A stretch of 60,957 nt of DNA, filler included. It is 5 parts of 5 records of this genome, joined end to end, with 100 filler letters (N's around TTAATTAATTAA, not from the genome) between each part and the next. Parts side by side here need not be neighbours in the genome. Positions count along the whole stretch, not along the records: positions 21,088 to 41,105 come from SRR31156797_1547; 4 more parts are not named here. The stretch is one strand, 5' to 3'. The translations under genes and the position numbers were made by a program. Shown piece after piece: positions 30,264 through 40,891 of the stretch. Every line of letters begins with the position of its first letter. The first letter of the stretch is position 1. The notes under the pieces are model-generated. The model ran no database searches. It was not told where the DNA came from and saw only the letters and a list, made by a program, of their open reading frames with translations.

Positions 30264-31796
30264 TTAATTATTCGTTTTTTTTGAGTTCACAAACTCTTTT
30301 GGGGAGATTCCTGTATTCTTTTTAAATGAGGTGCTGAAATACCCTGGATCATTAAATCCAATGCTATATGCAATCTCAGATATAGTTAGCTCACCCTTTA
30401 ATAATAAGTTTTTGCTAGCCTCTATTTTGGTTTTCGTTAGATATTCTTTGAAGTTAACTCCTGTTTCCTTTTTAAAACTTTTAGATAAATGATAACTGCT
30501 CATTCCTACATAATCTGCTACTTCACTTAAACTTAGACTCTTTTCATAGTTTAATCCAATATAGTGTTTGGCTATTTCTATAAACTTGTTCCCTTTTTTA
30601 TTTCTTTCAGCTTTCAAAAGCTCGATACTGTTTATTAGATATTTTTCAATAATTGAGTAGATACTGTTGTTGCGATTTTCTTCATCAATTTTTTTAAGTA
30701 ATTCTTCTATCTGGAAATAATCTGTCTTTTGTGATAAATTTTGATTTAATAATCTGTCTATTAGTAAAATAATCTGTTTTAAGAATTTTTTCATTTCAAA
30801 ATTAATCTCTTGAATTTCTTGTTTGTTAAAATGATTAAAGATTTTATCAAGTAGTTCTAGTGAGCCAGCTTTATCACAGTTAAATATCTTCTTATAGAGT
30901 GCCTCTTCTACATCAAATGGAAAAGAGAGTTTGCTTATTCTAAACTCTTTCATGTTTTCTATTAATTGATTTTCGGCAAGCAAATAAGATGTTTTGATAT
31001 CTTTAAAATTAGACCTGTATCCACTTTTAGCATAGTAAATATCTACTATTTCATTTTTTAGAATTTTATTTAATTTACTCAACTTGGTTTCAAATTGATA
31101 TTTATTGTCGACAAAGCATATAAATATACTTTTACCTAAATTTTCAGTTCCAAATACCTTTTTAGTTACGAATGAAAGTTCTTGCTTTATTTTGTGGGTT
31201 AATTTATATTCATTGGATTTTTTTATGGCTTTAATCGCAAGTACGCAGTAATTTGATTCAGTAATATGAAGCAGATTTACATAATTCATAATTATATCTT
31301 TTTCAAAATCCAAATCACTAGTAATAATATCCAGTAATTCTCGTTCAAGGACATCTTTTACACTATCAATATTTTCTTCGAATTTTTCATATTTTCTATT
31401 TCTATTTTCTCTATTTAGAATTTTACTTATGACATTTTTAAGAGCTTCTTCGAAACTTTCGTTTGAATAGGGCTTTACCAGAAAATCATTAACACCGATT
31501 TGAATAGCTTTTTTTGCATATTCAAATTTACTATTAGCAGTAAGGATTAAAATCTCAACATTTGGTAATTTATCTTTGATAATCTCAGCAGCACTTAGAC
31601 CATTTAGTTTCGGCATATGAATATCAAACAAAATTATATCAGGTTTTTCATAGAATATTTTATCAACAGCAGCACTTCCATTACCTGCTTCTGCAACTAC
31701 CACTATTTTATCACTAAACATCTCTGATATAAGTAGCTTAATAGACTCTCTTTCAAAATATTCATCTTCTACAATCATCAATTTATATTTTTTCAT
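30264..31796 (-). CDS. YesN-type response regulator (REC + AraC)
   Basis: VEDE, DIHMP and KP receiver residues; C-terminal AraC HTH IAYSIGFNDPGYFS. Confidence 0.92.
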   Translation of the reverse strand: MKKYKLMIVEDEYFERESIKLLISEMFSDKIVVVAEAGNGSAAVDKIFYEKPDIILFDIHMPKLNGLSAAEIIKDKLPNVEILILTANSKFEYAKKAIQIGVNDFLVKPYSNESFEEALKNVISKILNRENRNRKYEKFEENIDSVKDVLERELLDIITSDLDFEKDIIMNYVNLLHITESNYCVLAIKAIKKSNEYKLTHKIKQELSFVTKKVFGTENLGKSIFICFVDNKYQFETKLSKLNKILKNEIVDIYYAKSGYRSNFKDIKTSYLLAENQLIENMKEFRISKLSFPFDVEEALYKKIFNCDKAGSLELLDKIFNHFNKQEIQEINFEMKKFLKQIILLIDRLLNQNLSQKTDYFQIEELLKKIDEENRNNSIYSIIEKYLINSIELLKAERNKKGNKFIEIAKHYIGLNYEKSLSLSEVADYVGMSSYHLSKSFKKETGVNFKEYLTKTKIEASKNLLLKGELTISEIAYSIGFNDPGYFSTSFKKNTGISPKEFVNSKKTNN

Positions 31797-33294
31797 TTTC
31801 TACTTCATCTCTCATTTCTTCTTTAAATATTTCTTGCTTAATTGGAAAAGTAAAACTAATAACAGTTCCTTTTCCTAACTCGCTATTGATTCTGAATAAA
31901 CTCTCTTGATTATAAAAAGTGTTCATTCTCTCTATAACATTTGCTACACCAATACTCTTTTTATTTTTATGTTCGTTTCTATTATGCATTATCTCTTCTA
32001 TCTTATTTTTACTCATGCCAATTCCATTATCACTCACTTCCACATGTAAGAACTTATTATTCTCTGAGATTAAAATATTAATCTCAGCACCACTATCTAG
32101 TTCAGATGTACCGTGAAGTATTGCGTTTTCAATTATTGGTTGAATCATCATTGGTGGGATTAAATGTTCATAGTTTTTAGCCTGATTTATTAGCTTGATT
32201 TTCATTCGATCTTGGAACCTGGTTTCTTGTATAAATATATATTTCTCTATGATCGCAACTTCCTCTTCCAGTGTGATCATGTTTTTATTATTTTCCAAAT
32301 TAAATCTAAGTATTTGCGAGATTGCTTCTATCAGTTTATTTGTTAATCTTGTATCAGATAACATAGCTGTTCTACCGATCATGTTTAGTGTATTAAATAA
32401 AAAATGAGGATTCATCTGCATTTGCAAGGCCTTTAGTTTTGTTTCGTTTATCAACTTATCCTTTTGCTCAATGAGAAGTTTATCTTTATGCAACTGTATC
32501 TCAAGTAAGGATTTTTCCTTGATCTGTTCTATATAATCAACAATTGATTTTTTTAACTTGTTAAAAGTATTCCCGAGAGAGTTAAACTCCTTATATGCAT
32601 CCTCTTGAAGATCAGGAATATCAAACTTTCCTTGCGAAAGATCTTCAGAAGCTTTAACCAGTTTATTCATAAGCTGGAAAAAGTTTTTTATAAAAGTTTG
32701 CTCCATAGCAACTAAAAATAGTGAGATTAAGAATACGAAAATAACGATATATCTCTCTATAGCTCTGATTTTAATATTATACTGACTATATTTATCACTA
32801 CTGTAATCAAAAAATTCAAGTGTTGTAAGCTCAGCCTGTCTGTTCATACCACTGAATCTTTTCTTTAGAATAGAGATCTCTTCATAAAATTCAGGAGTAA
32901 ATTCTGTTTTTTTCTTAAGTCTTTCAACATGTTTCTTTTGATAATCATGCATATTTCGAAGCGTCCTCACATAATCTTCAATAGCCGACTCTAACTTAAT
33001 ATTTCTATCGATCATCAATAAAATTCTCTGAATTTCAGAATTATAGTTTTCATATTTTATAAGGTTATTTTTGTTAAATTCAACGAAGTATTCTTGAATA
33101 GTGGCATCATTTTTATTTATCAGGATTGGTAGTTTAGCTACTTCTTTATTCATAGATATAAATTCATCATAGTAGATTTGCCCAAATCGCCCTATGATAA
33201 ATATACTGATAAATCCCAATAACATAAAGATGAAAATCCCTATAAATATTCTATTTATTTCTCTTGAAATAGATTTTTTTTTGAAATTTTTCAT
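31783..33294 (-). CDS. YesM-type sensor histidine kinase
   Basis: Two TMs, HAMP, QMNPHFLFNTLN, QPIIENAILHG and DNGIG. Confidence 0.92.
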   Translation of the reverse strand: MKNFKKKSISREINRIFIGIFIFMLLGFISIFIIGRFGQIYYDEFISMNKEVAKLPILINKNDATIQEYFVEFNKNNLIKYENYNSEIQRILLMIDRNIKLESAIEDYVRTLRNMHDYQKKHVERLKKKTEFTPEFYEEISILKKRFSGMNRQAELTTLEFFDYSSDKYSQYNIKIRAIERYIVIFVFLISLFLVAMEQTFIKNFFQLMNKLVKASEDLSQGKFDIPDLQEDAYKEFNSLGNTFNKLKKSIVDYIEQIKEKSLLEIQLHKDKLLIEQKDKLINETKLKALQMQMNPHFLFNTLNMIGRTAMLSDTRLTNKLIEAISQILRFNLENNKNMITLEEEVAIIEKYIFIQETRFQDRMKIKLINQAKNYEHLIPPMMIQPIIENAILHGTSELDSGAEINILISENNKFLHVEVSDNGIGMSKNKIEEIMHNRNEHKNKKSIGVANVIERMNTFYNQESLFRINSELGKGTVISFTFPIKQEIFKEEMRDEVENEKI

Positions 33295-33482
33295 TTTCTC
33301 ACCTTAATTTTTTTGGATTTCAATATTTGATTCTACCATTGAGTTGTGAGATTTACAAATAATTTTTTTTATATGATGAGTTGGAGACATAAAAATCTGA
33401 ATATATATTTAATGATTTTACAGCGGTAATGTTAAACTAAAACGGAACAAATAAAACTCAAAATGAAATTTTGTATCAAAAA

Positions 33483-33510
33483 GCCAAAAAATGAAAGAAG
33501 ATGACAAGAA
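33483..33510 (+). promoter_or_regulatory. Conserved upstream motif (candidate YesN/AraC site)
   Basis: GCCAAAAAATGAAAGAAGATGACAAG, nearly identical to 37711-37736. Confidence 0.55.
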
Positions 33511-33607
33511 ATCACATGGTGATAAAAAGCTATAGATAATATAATTATATTGTTCGGGGTGAGTGGGTAATCTATATTATATCTAAGTAATATTTTTAGA
33601 GTGAAAG

Positions 33608-34483
33608 GTGATTTATATGAAAAAAAGTATGTTAATGATGTTGTTTTTTATCATAATTTTTCAAATTAATGCAAAAGTTTTGACAATTACATATCGTGCT
33701 CCAGCTTCAGATAAAGATGTGAGATTTAAATATCCATTAGAGTTAGTTAAAACAGCTATGAAAAAAACGGAAGTAGAATATGGAGGTTTTGAATTAGTTG
33801 CTTCTCCTGTTATGAATTTGAAAAGAGCTACATCGCCACAGTTCATAGGTAAATTAGAAAATTTTATTTTTGAAACATCAACTACGAAAGAAAAAGATGC
33901 TACACTACTTCCGATTAAAATTCCTTTATATAAAGGTTTATTTGGATACAGATTATTTCTTATTGATAAAAATAATCAGGAAAAATATAGTAAAATAGAT
34001 AATTTAGAAGAGTTGTCTCAATATAAAGTAGGGCAAGGAAAAACATGGTCAGATGTTAAAATTCTTGAACATGCAGCAATAACAATAGTACCTGGAGCTA
34101 ATTATGAAGGTTTATTTGGTATGCTTCTGTCAGGAAGATTTGACCTTTTCTCAAGAGGAGTGCATGAAGCCTTTAAAGAAAAAGACGCAAGACCTAATCT
34201 AAAAAATCTTGCCGTAGAGGAAACCCTTTGTTTGCATTATCCGCTTCCAAGATATTTTTATACAGCAAAAGGGAATACTGTTTTTGCTGAAAGATTAACT
34301 AAAGGTTTAAATATTATGATAGATGACGGTACTTTTGATGAGATCTGGTTAAGATATTACTCTGAAATTATTAAAAGAACTGACTTTAATAACAGAAAGA
34401 TAATATATATAGATAATCCGCTTATTCCGGATGATGTACCATTTGATAATGAGAAATATTGGTTCTCACCAGAAGAAGCATAA
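33608..34483 (+). CDS. Periplasmic solute-binding protein (type 2), paralog 2
   Basis: Clear paralog of 22525-23388 (RFKYPLELVK, LLPIKIPLYKGLFG, SRGVHEAF). Confidence 0.75.
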   Translation: MIYMKKSMLMMLFFIIIFQINAKVLTITYRAPASDKDVRFKYPLELVKTAMKKTEVEYGGFELVASPVMNLKRATSPQFIGKLENFIFETSTTKEKDATLLPIKIPLYKGLFGYRLFLIDKNNQEKYSKIDNLEELSQYKVGQGKTWSDVKILEHAAITIVPGANYEGLFGMLLSGRFDLFSRGVHEAFKEKDARPNLKNLAVEETLCLHYPLPRYFYTAKGNTVFAERLTKGLNIMIDDGTFDEIWLRYYSEIIKRTDFNNRKIIYIDNPLIPDDVPFDNEKYWFSPEEA

Positions 34484-34521
34484 AAGAGTTTTTTCATATC
34501 CTAATCCAAATATTAAAGCAG

Positions 34522-34550
34522 AAGGTAGAAAGTGATTTCTACCTTTTCTT
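34522..34550 (+). terminator. Intrinsic terminator
   Basis: AAGGTAGAAA-GTGA-TTTCTACCTT followed by a T-rich tail. Confidence 0.65.
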
Positions 34551-34644
34551 TATATCTGAGAAAACTTTTTTTATATATTTGGAAAGCCGGAAATGAACTC
34601 GTATAATTATAGTAGAATTTATTTTATTAACTAAAGGTGATAAT

Positions 34645-36120
34645 ATGAGAAGAAAAATCAGATCTTTAAAATTAAGTGTTTTGGCAGCGTTTGTAATGAT
34701 CTTTGCTGTAATGGCATGTGCATTTTCAGTCTCCTACTTTATGAAGCAGGTGATTATTAAAGAATATGATAATTCGATTAATACAAGTATGGCTATTAGT
34801 CAGCTTTCATATGAGATTAATGATTATGCAATTTTGTTTGACAGGTATATTCGAAATAGAAAAATAGATGTTTATGAAGAGTATAAAAATTCTAAAGAAA
34901 AAATTGAGAATTATCTAAAGGAAATTGATGATGAGATAGTTGATAATCAAAGTCTGGTTTTTTTGAGAAATTTAAATAATATGTATGATTATCAATCTCA
35001 AATAACAGATGCGGTATCTACAGAAGAAAATTTTAATGAGAAAACATATGAAAAAATTACTCAGGCGAAAACTATGTTTGCATATATGAGCAGGCATGTG
35101 CAGATGTTGTCTTTTGCTTATCTGGACTATAGTGGGAAGAGATATGCCAGTTTACTAGTTGATTATAGAAAGGCAGAAAATAATTTATATTTAGTAGTTG
35201 CATTTATTGCTTTAGTGATATTCTATTTTGCTATTTTCAGATTGAGAGATATCCTCTCAACAGTAAATAATTTGACTAAATCAGCAAAACTTCTTTCAGA
35301 AGCTCACTGGGAAATTACTGATATAGGTGAGACTTATTATACTGAATTTGATACTTTGGCACTGGCTTTTAATAGTATGAAAAAGAATATAAATATATTT
35401 ATAAAAGAGTTAAGTCAAAAAGCAGAACTTGAGCTTAACCTAAATAAAGCGAAAATGAAAAACATAGAAAAAGATAAACTTTTAAAGGAATCACAATTAA
35501 GAACACTTCAAGCACAAATGGATCCGCATTTTTTATTTAATACTCTGAATATTATCAGCAGAATAGCCATGTTTGAAAATGCAGATAAATCAGTAAAATT
35601 AATAGAATCTATATCCAAGATACTTAGATATAATCTGGAACATATCGGAAAAATGGTTTCACTTCAAGAAGAAGTTACTACTTTAAAGGCTTATGCAATT
35701 ATTCAGGAAACGAGATTTGAAGAACGATTAAAATTTAACTTTGATATTGATGAAGAGACTCTAAATTATTTAATTCCACCGATGCTAATACAACCTATTA
35801 TGGAGAATGCAATTATTCACGGCTTGCGGAATCAATCAAAAGCCGGAGAGATTAAAATACAAACTCAAATTTCTCATGGAATGCTTCGAATAGATATTGT
35901 TGATAATGGAATTGGAATTGAGCAGGAAAAAATTGATGAAATCTTAAATATTAAAGAAAATTCAACTAATAATGATGAAAAGAAAAGAGTCGGCCTGGGT
36001 ATAGGAAATACTAAAAAAAGATTAAAATTATATTTCAATAGAGATGATTTAATGGTGATTAAAAGTAAATTAAGTGAAGGAACTCAAATTACTTTATATA
36101 TTCCGGTTGAAATCTCATAG
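34645..36120 (+). CDS. YesM-type sensor histidine kinase
   Basis: Two TMs, HAMP, QMDPHFLFNTLN, QPIMENAIIHG and DNGIG. Confidence 0.92.
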   Translation: MRRKIRSLKLSVLAAFVMIFAVMACAFSVSYFMKQVIIKEYDNSINTSMAISQLSYEINDYAILFDRYIRNRKIDVYEEYKNSKEKIENYLKEIDDEIVDNQSLVFLRNLNNMYDYQSQITDAVSTEENFNEKTYEKITQAKTMFAYMSRHVQMLSFAYLDYSGKRYASLLVDYRKAENNLYLVVAFIALVIFYFAIFRLRDILSTVNNLTKSAKLLSEAHWEITDIGETYYTEFDTLALAFNSMKKNINIFIKELSQKAELELNLNKAKMKNIEKDKLLKESQLRTLQAQMDPHFLFNTLNIISRIAMFENADKSVKLIESISKILRYNLEHIGKMVSLQEEVTTLKAYAIIQETRFEERLKFNFDIDEETLNYLIPPMLIQPIMENAIIHGLRNQSKAGEIKIQTQISHGMLRIDIVDNGIGIEQEKIDEILNIKENSTNNDEKKRVGLGIGNTKKRLKLYFNRDDLMVIKSKLSEGTQITLYIPVEIS

Positions 36121-36133
36121 AAAGGATAAAAAA

Positions 36134-37666
36134 ATGCTGAAAGTAATGATTGCCGAAGATGAAGGGATTGAAAGAAAAGCATTAAAATTTTTATGTAATA
36201 AATTTTTTGCTGAAACAATTGAAGTTGTATGTGAAGCGATAGATGGAATTGATGCAGTTGAAAAAGTCCGGCAGTATAAGCCTAATATTATTTTTATGGA
36301 TATAAATATGCCGGGAAAAGACGGCCTGCAGGCAGCTGGTGAAATAAAAAAAATATTGGCTAATGATGCAGAATTTATAATATTAACAGCTTACGGGCAT
36401 TTTGAATATGCTAAAAAAGCTATAAAAATTGGAATTAATGATTATCTCTTGAAGCCTGCTTCAAATGACGAATTTGTAGAAGCTGTAGAGAAAGTCATAA
36501 GTAAAATTAATGATAAAAAGTTAAAAGAAGATCAATTTAAAGAGTTAGAGATTAAACAAAAGCAACTATTACCACTTCTGGAAAAAGAAGTTGTTATGAA
36601 AATGATATTTGGAACTGAGAAGCCTGATAAAGATTACTCAGAATATTTAAAAATGCTTGATATAAGTCATGAAAACTATATGTGTTTAATATTAAAAACT
36701 CATGATATAAATAAACTAAATATAAATATATTAAATAGAACAGCTAACAGAATTAAGTACTACATTTCTGATTCTTTTGGAAGTATTTACTCAAATGAGA
36801 TGATTTTTTTATTGTTTTCTGATGAGTTTGACAAGTTAATGAAAAATAATAAAATAGAAAAACTACTTAAAGAATTAAAAGAGTATGCTCTGAATAGTTT
36901 TTCACTAGAATTAGACTTAGGAAATAGTCCTGTTTATACTGATGCTTCTAATTTGCATTATGCATATGAAGATGCGAAAAATATGATAAATGAATCAAAA
37001 AATTCCCAGCAAAAAAGTGAAGTTTTGTATAGTTATGAAACTGAACAGGAGTTATTTAAGAAAATATTAAACGAAAATTTAGATGGTGCACTATCTGTTT
37101 TCGAAGAAATCTATGAGAGTTTAATTAACACTAAAGTAAAAGAAGAAATTATTAGAAAACATCTGGATGAATTTCTCTTTATTCTTCATAGAAATATTTT
37201 TGAATTTTGGAGTGAGGAATTTGATACTTTTAATTTAGCAAAAGTTCAAAAGGATATCGAAAATATAACAGATTATATAAAAATTAGAAACTACATAAAA
37301 ACTCTGATAAGTGAAATAATCCAAAGTGTTTCAGAGCATAAAAAAGATAAGAGTGTGATGATAATAGAAGAGGTGAAAAGTTATATAGAGTTTAATTATA
37401 AGAATAACATTTCACTGGACGAAGTAGCTGAAAAAATTGAATTAAGTTCATATTATCTAAGTAAGTTATTTAAAAAAATAGAAAAAATGAACTTTAAAGA
37501 TTATGTTATTAAATTACGTATGGAGGAAGCTAAAAAAATGCTGAGAAGCGGAAAAGCTTCTATAAAAGAGATTGCTTTTGACTTAGGATATTCTGATCCA
37601 AATTATTTTAGCAGAGCTTTTAAAAAATACACAGGTAAATCAGCAACAGAGTACTCAAAGCTGTAA
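36134..37666 (+). CDS. YesN-type response regulator (REC + AraC)
   Basis: ATG at 36134 after AAGGA; AEDE, DINMP and KP; IAFDLGYSDPNYFS. Confidence 0.92.
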   Translation: MLKVMIAEDEGIERKALKFLCNKFFAETIEVVCEAIDGIDAVEKVRQYKPNIIFMDINMPGKDGLQAAGEIKKILANDAEFIILTAYGHFEYAKKAIKIGINDYLLKPASNDEFVEAVEKVISKINDKKLKEDQFKELEIKQKQLLPLLEKEVVMKMIFGTEKPDKDYSEYLKMLDISHENYMCLILKTHDINKLNINILNRTANRIKYYISDSFGSIYSNEMIFLLFSDEFDKLMKNNKIEKLLKELKEYALNSFSLELDLGNSPVYTDASNLHYAYEDAKNMINESKNSQQKSEVLYSYETEQELFKKILNENLDGALSVFEEIYESLINTKVKEEIIRKHLDEFLFILHRNIFEFWSEEFDTFNLAKVQKDIENITDYIKIRNYIKTLISEIIQSVSEHKKDKSVMIIEEVKSYIEFNYKNNISLDEVAEKIELSSYYLSKLFKKIEKMNFKDYVIKLRMEEAKKMLRSGKASIKEIAFDLGYSDPNYFSRAFKKYTGKSATEYSKL

Positions 37667-37710
37667 AAAAAGCAATTTTTATGCTTAGTTAGACATAAAA
37701 AATGCTTAAT

Positions 37711-37736
37711 GGCAAAAAATGAAAGAAGATGCCAAG
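37711..37736 (+). promoter_or_regulatory. Conserved upstream motif (candidate YesN/AraC site)
   Basis: GGCAAAAAATGAAAGAAGATGCCAAG. Confidence 0.55.
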
Positions 37737-37802
37737 TTAGTCTATATCGAGAAAAGCTCAAAAATTATATAACTATATTAGAACAAACAAAGCGTTATCA
37801 AA

Positions 37803-37816
37803 ACAAAACGTTTTGT
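37803..37816. promoter_or_regulatory. LacI-type palindrome
   Basis: Perfect 14-bp ACAAAACGTTTTGT with central CG, just before the dctP RBS. Confidence 0.4.
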
Positions 37817-37830
37817 AAAAAACAAGGAGG

Positions 37831-38847
37831 ATGTTTTATATGAAAAAGACTTTAGTTTTAATGGTATTATTGAGCTTATTTGTATCTTCAGTTTCATTTG
37901 GTTTTGGATTCTTTAAAAAGAAGAAAAAAGAGGATAAACCTGTTGTATTAAGATTAGCTGATGTTCACAATGAAGGTTATCCAACAGTTATGGCTGACAA
38001 AGAGTTTGCCAGATTAGTAAAAGAGAGAACAAACGGGAAAGTAATTATTGATGTTTATCCTGGTGGGCAGCTTGGGGATGAAAAAAGTGTAATTGAACAG
38101 GTTCAATTCGGAGCAATTGATATTACAAGAACGAATATTTCACCTTTAACTGAATTTCAAAAAAAATTAAGTGTTCTAATGCTTCCGTATATCTATAGAG
38201 ATAAAGAGCATATGTTTAAAGTATTAGACGGAGCTATTGGAGATAAGTTCTTAGATGAATTAAAGAGTGTTAGTTTAGTAGGCTTATCGTGGTATGACTC
38301 GGGAGCGAGAAGTTTTTATAACTCGAAAAGAGAAATAAAAAACCTAAATGATTTAAAAGGTTTAAAAATCAGAGTACAGGAAAGTGAGTTAATGCTTGAT
38401 CTTGTTAAGGCAGTTGGAGCTTCACCTACACCAATGGCATTTGGAGAGGTATACAGTGCAATTCAAACAGGAGTAATTGACGGAGCAGAAAATAACTGGG
38501 CTAGTTACCTGTCAACAAGTCACTATGAAGTAGCAAAATTTTATACTATTGACGAGCATACAAGAGCACCTGAAATGTTAATGATCAGTAAGATGACATT
38601 TGATAAATTATCAAGTGAGCAACAAGAGATCGTAAAACAAGCAGCGAAAGAAGCAGCTGTATATGAGAGACAACAATGGGCGAAAAATGAAAAAGCTGCA
38701 GAAGATAAAATCGTGGCAAACGGAAACAAAATAACTAGATTAGATGCACTAACTAAAAAGCAGTTCCAAGACTCGGTTTCAGAATTATATACAAAATATG
38801 GTAAAGATTATAAAGAGTTAATAGAGGCTATTATTGCGACAAAATAA
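37831..38847 (+). CDS. dctP: TRAP solute-binding protein
   Basis: GGQLGDEKSVIEQ, GARSFY, KIRVQES and VIDGAENN. Confidence 0.93.
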   Translation: MFYMKKTLVLMVLLSLFVSSVSFGFGFFKKKKKEDKPVVLRLADVHNEGYPTVMADKEFARLVKERTNGKVIIDVYPGGQLGDEKSVIEQVQFGAIDITRTNISPLTEFQKKLSVLMLPYIYRDKEHMFKVLDGAIGDKFLDELKSVSLVGLSWYDSGARSFYNSKREIKNLNDLKGLKIRVQESELMLDLVKAVGASPTPMAFGEVYSAIQTGVIDGAENNWASYLSTSHYEVAKFYTIDEHTRAPEMLMISKMTFDKLSSEQQEIVKQAAKEAAVYERQQWAKNEKAAEDKIVANGNKITRLDALTKKQFQDSVSELYTKYGKDYKELIEAIIATK

Positions 38848-39046
38848 TTACTAAAAAGTATTGGCATAAAACATAAGAATATTTACTTGAGAATTTATAA
38901 ATGCCAAACTTATTATCTACTAGAAAACTTTGGCAAACTAAAAAGCCTGTTGATAAAATAGAGCTTTTTAGTAAGCCTTAGTTTAATAGTAATTGACTAG
39001 TAAGTATGAAAAGTAAGTGTGAAAAGAGTAAGTGAAAGGAGAATAG

Positions 39047-39562
39047 ATGAAAACAGAAACAGATGCTTTTGTAAAAAGTGAAAAAGGAGAATATACGAAT
39101 TATCTAAAAAAACTTTTGGATTATTCTGATAAGGTTCTTGAATATATAGCGATGAGTTTTATAGTATTGATGACATTGATAATCTCATTACAAGTATTTA
39201 CCAGATATTGTTTCTCTATGACACCGAGATGGTCAGAGGAAGTAGCACTATTACTAATGGTTTGGTTTGGATTTATCGGAATAGCTATAGGGGTAAAAAA
39301 AGGAATCCATATCAGTATAGAGTACTTTGTGAGCCTGTGCCCCGAACGAATTCAAAAGGTTGTTATGAAAATAGACGAAGTTCTAATACTAATATTTGGG
39401 ATATTTTTAACTAAATATGGATATTTGCTTGCTAAAGCTACTGCAGGGTCTACTCTGCCAGCTACTCAGTGGCCGGGATATGTACTTTATGCAATCGTTC
39501 CGGTATCAGGAATAATGATAATATCATATTCTATAGTGAAAATTTTTGAGAAAGAGGTGTAA
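39047..39562 (+). CDS. dctQ: TRAP small permease
   Basis: QVFTRY..TPRWSEEVALLLMVW and HISIE. Confidence 0.9.
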   Translation: MKTETDAFVKSEKGEYTNYLKKLLDYSDKVLEYIAMSFIVLMTLIISLQVFTRYCFSMTPRWSEEVALLLMVWFGFIGIAIGVKKGIHISIEYFVSLCPERIQKVVMKIDEVLILIFGIFLTKYGYLLAKATAGSTLPATQWPGYVLYAIVPVSGIMIISYSIVKIFEKEV

Positions 39563-39567
39563 TAAAA

Positions 39568-40863
39568 ATGATAAATGTAGCTGCGATATTACTATTGGTA
39601 GGTTTACTGTTTTTCTTTTTAATTATAAGAGTTCCTATAGCATTTTCATTAGGATTATCTACAATGCTAACTGCAATTTATTTAAAGGTTCCTGCTATGG
39701 TAGTAGCACAGCAGATGGTAAAAGGGATTAATTCTTTCTCCTTACTTGCTATTCCGTTTTTTATACTTGCAGGAGAGATAATGGGTGAAGGTGGAATATC
39801 CAAGAGGTTAATTGATTTTTCCAATGTAATTGTAGGAAGTGTACGTGGCGGCCTGGCAATGGTTAATGTACTGGCAAGTATGTTTTTCGGTGGAATATCA
39901 GGTTCGTCAGTTGCTGATACATCATCAATTGGATCAATAATGATACCAATGATGACAAAGCAGGGGTATGACAAAGACTACTCGATAAATGTAACGGTAA
40001 CATCATCTACTCAGGGTGTTATTATCCCTCCAAGCCATAATGTAATTATATACTCACTTGCAGCAGGTGGATTATCAGTTGGTAGATTATTTTTAGGTGG
40101 AATGGTTCCAGGGATATTTTTAGGACTTGCGCTAATGGCACTTAGTTATGCTATTGCAGTTAAGAGAAATTATCCAAAGGGTGAAAAAGTATCATTTCAA
40201 GTAGCAAAAAAAATAGTTTTAGATAGTTTGTTAGGCTTATTTACAGCAGTAATTATAATGGGTGGAGTAATATCCGGGATATTTACCGCAACAGAGTCAT
40301 CAGCAATAGCTGTTGTGTACGCATTTGTTGTTACTTTCTTTGTATATAGGGATATCCCTATATCAAGAATGGGATTAATTTTAAGAAATTCTCTAAAAAC
40401 TCTTGCAATGGTTGTAGCGGTAATTGCAACTTCAAGTGCATTTGGATGGATGATGGCATATCTTAAAATTCCTGCAATTGTAACAAGTGGTTTGATTTCT
40501 GTATCTGATAATAAGTTTGTTATCTTAATAATGGTAAATATCATTTTATTACTATTGGGAATGATAATGGATATGGCACCACTTATTCTTATTACTACTC
40601 CGATATTATTACCTGTTGTAACAAAAGTAGGTATGGATCCTATTCAATTTGGAATAGTTATGATGTTAAATCTGGGTATCGGATTAATTACTCCACCTGT
40701 AGGTTCAACTCTTTTCGTAGGTTGTTCAATAGGAGGAGAGAAGATAGAGAAAATTGCAAAATCTCTTACACCGTTTTATGTATTAATGTTTTCAGTATTA
40801 CTTTTATTAACTTTTGTTCCCGGCTTTACTACTTTTTTACCAAATCTTATAATGGGAAATTAA
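39568..40863 (+). CDS. dctM: TRAP large permease
   Basis: IPFFILAG, FFGGISGSSVAD, IIPPS and TPPVG. Confidence 0.93.
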   Translation: MINVAAILLLVGLLFFFLIIRVPIAFSLGLSTMLTAIYLKVPAMVVAQQMVKGINSFSLLAIPFFILAGEIMGEGGISKRLIDFSNVIVGSVRGGLAMVNVLASMFFGGISGSSVADTSSIGSIMIPMMTKQGYDKDYSINVTVTSSTQGVIIPPSHNVIIYSLAAGGLSVGRLFLGGMVPGIFLGLALMALSYAIAVKRNYPKGEKVSFQVAKKIVLDSLLGLFTAVIIMGGVISGIFTATESSAIAVVYAFVVTFFVYRDIPISRMGLILRNSLKTLAMVVAVIATSSAFGWMMAYLKIPAIVTSGLISVSDNKFVILIMVNIILLLLGMIMDMAPLILITTPILLPVVTKVGMDPIQFGIVMMLNLGIGLITPPVGSTLFVGCSIGGEKIEKIAKSLTPFYVLMFSVLLLLTFVPGFTTFLPNLIMGN

Positions 40864-40870
40864 TTTAATT

Positions 40871-40891
40871 AGGCTGGTCTATGACTGGCCT
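40871..40891 (+). terminator. Hairpin after dctM
   Basis: AGGCTGGTC-TAT-GACTGGCCT, imperfect stem. Confidence 0.4.

Noticed and set aside
36074-36133. N-terminal extensions in the ORF track (36074, also 42156, 43349, 56674, 26910)
   Set aside because: Downstream ATGs have better RBS or family-typical N-termini, so starts were shortened.
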